This document shows, in pieces, positions 61,693 through 64,000 of a stretch of DNA of 64,000 nucleotides; position 1 is the first letter of the stretch, and each line of letters opens with the position of its first letter. A program made the position numbers and the translations under genes. Below the pieces are notes generated by a model. It made no database searches. It had not been told where the DNA came from and saw only the letters and a list, made by a program, of their open reading frames with translations. This DNA comes from Microthyrium microscopicum (lineage: Eukaryota): the NCBI GenBank assembly GCA_010405405.1, contig MU004239.1, positions 1,442,722 to 1,506,721 on the forward strand, written 5' to 3'.

Positions 61693-64000
61693 CTAGACGC
61701 ATTGCGCTCCCGTGAAGATGCCCAACTGGATGAAAATATAGGGGCTGTTATTAACAGTGTTTGAAGTTTGCGACAAGGTTGTGCTGCTAAAAGTGAACGA
61801 CCCAAATTTATACAATGTAGATGTAGCAGTACATTGGAGCGTGTTGTCTGCTGCGATAGCGCAATGCTCTACCGGATATGTTGCAGCTGCTACAGCGAGG
61901 GTGGCCGCAGAATACGATCTTAAAACTTGAGTCGGGGAGGTTGCTGTGGCAAGGGCGACTATGAGACCTGCGGTAATACCTCCAGCAGTGACCAATTGCC
62001 CGGAGGAATTGATGGTGAAGAGAACGACTGGGCGTGAGGTAGTACCGGAGGTTTGGAAGTTGAGGTTCGTGCCCATGCCGGTGCCTGTCACTACTTGGTT
62101 TGAAGTTGCTAGATTTGGGGTGACTAACATTGGAGATTAGAGTCAGAAGGATTGAGGTTATGAGATAGAAGGATTTCACTAACTGTTTTTGAGACAGAAG
62201 GTCGGTTGCGCCGCAGCGGAGCTGGAAGTCGATGAAGAAACCGCAGATGAGGAGGAAGAGGAAGATGGAGATGAAGGTGCTGACGTTGTAATCGTAGATA
62301 GGGTTGATGTGATAGAGGAAGCTGCAACCGAAGAAGACGATGAGTCGGTAGACGAAGACACTATAGAACTGGTGGGGGAGCTGCTTGATGAGACCGCGGA
62401 GCTGGTGACCAAGCTAGATACGTCGGAGGAGCTGGGGACAGCGCTGGAAGAACTCGAAGAACTTGGAGCACTGGAGGAGCTGGCAACATCACTGGAAGAA
62501 CTGGAGGAGCTGGAGGAGCTGCTAGAGGAGGCTGTGCTGGTTGCCGAGCTAGAACTGTCGGGAGACGATACAGTGGAAGAAACATCAGAAGATGAAGTGG
62601 TGCTTGCGATTGAAGAGGTCTCGGTGGATGATATTGCGGAAGTATTGGAGGAGCTGCTGGCGGTCGCGGAACTGGTAGCTGGCGAAGAGACCTCAGAGCT
62701 GGTTGCTAAGCTTGATTCGGTGGAGCTGCTCGTCGAAAAGACTTCGGAGCTGCTAGCTGGTGAAGCTGGTGAAGAAGCGGAGCTGCTGGTTGATGAAGAA
62801 GCCGCCAAGCTGGATGAGCTGGCAGAACATATCGGGGCCAACACCTGGTCTGTTTGAGATGTTGTATCGGTGCAGCTGACATCCCCAGCCTGATAATCTT
62901 TGTGGAAGACGTAGCAATCCTTCAAGTCGGTAAAATAGGTTACAAAACAAGAAGTCAAGGTGCCGCACTCCGCTTCACATTCTGCTTCTGAGCCGCCTAC
63001 GACTACATCCCATAGTGAGTTACTGGCAGTGTTTGAAAAAACACAGTTAGAACCGTGATAGACTTGGCTGAAGGCGCAGCTTGGAGATGAGGAGGCTGAA
63101 GTCGTAGTAGAACTTGTCGAGGATGACGATGAAGAAGATGACACGCTTGATGTAGAGTCAGCAATCGTGGAGCTACTGGACGAAGTTGTATCTGATGCAA
63201 CGCTGCTTGAGAAACTTATTGTGCTTGAAGAGCTTGTTATGCTTGATGGGATTTCTGAGGAGCTCATTGTGCTTGAAGAAATACTGGACGAAGTTATTGT
63301 GCTCGACGCGACGTCGCTAGATACCGAACTGCTGGCCAAAGAAACCGCAAAGCTGCTAGAAGAAGATGAGGCATCGGAGCTGGCTGCGGAGCTTGATAGG
63401 GTAGAACTACTAGGGAATGATGAGATATCGGAGCTGGTGGCGGAGCTTGATGTAGCAGAGCTTGATGTAGCAGAGCTTGATACAGCAGAGCTTAGTATAG
63501 CAGAGCTTGATATAGCAGACGAAGAGACATCGGAGCTCGTTGCAGAACTTGAAAACGTGGAACTGCTAGCTGTGTTTGGTATAGTAGCACTGCTGGCTGA
63601 CGAAGAATCAGAGCTGCTGGCAGATGATGAGACATCGGAGCTCGTTGTAGAACTTGATATTACACTACTGCTGGCTGACGAGGAACCAGTGCTGCTGGCA
63701 GATGATGAGACATCGGAGCTCGTTGCGGAACTTGATATCACACTACTGCTGGCTGACGAAGAATCAGAGCTGGTGGCAGATGATGAGACATCGGAGCTCA
63801 TCGCGGAGCTTGACATAACAGTACTGCTGGCTGACGAAGGATCAGAGCTGCTACCGGAGCTGGAAATAGCGTAGCTAAAGGTACTGGCGGAGGACGATGC
63901 TGAAGACAATATGGTGCTTGAAGACTGCGAGGAAGTCGCTGTCGTTGAAACAGAAGGACTGGCCGAGGATGAAGCAGATGAGCTCAGAGATGAAACAGTA
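61693..64000 (-). CDS. Ser-rich mucin-like extracellular protein with an internal Cys-rich (PAN/apple-like) module and C-terminal globular domain; 5' end beyond the window
   Basis: Ser/Ala/Thr repeats (SSDVSSSA..); CEAECGTLTSC..CYVFH module; intron 62124-62183 (GTTAGT..CTGAC..TAG) joins to the 61693 exon. Confidence 0.8.

Noticed and set aside
62189..63874. Long acidic Glu/Leu-rich ORFs on the + strand
   Set aside because: Antisense shadows of the Ser-rich gene on the - strand.

Overview
Filamentous ascomycete (Pezizomycotina) nuclear DNA: short GT-AG introns with CTAAC/CTGAC branch points and one RIP-mutated repeat island. Order: (1-570) a folded non-coding arm ending in a three-way junction that resembles the CR4/5 domain of telomerase RNA; (1.27-5.64 kb) a RIP-inactivated IS630/Tc1 DD34E DNA transposon with a nested 1.06-kb two-LTR element; a Myb factor, PhyH dioxygenase, rec8, UBP6 and ARC19/ARPC4; a 20-38 kb block rich in secreted and membrane genes; an ATRX/SAD-6-like SNF2 ATPase; an intron-containing U2 snRNA gene; GSH2; a TRP/FLC-like channel; a second AA9 LPMO; small Cys-rich secreted proteins; and a Ser-rich mucin-like gene cut by the window end. 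The most striking unannotated signal is a dispersed family of ~210-bp fold-back elements built on a CCATC-N6-GATGG dyad. It occupies most long introns (4-5 in the SNF2 gene alone), occurs once intergenically and is amplified once as a 19-bp tandem array. Gene models and pairings were read by eye; no database searches or folding programs were run.
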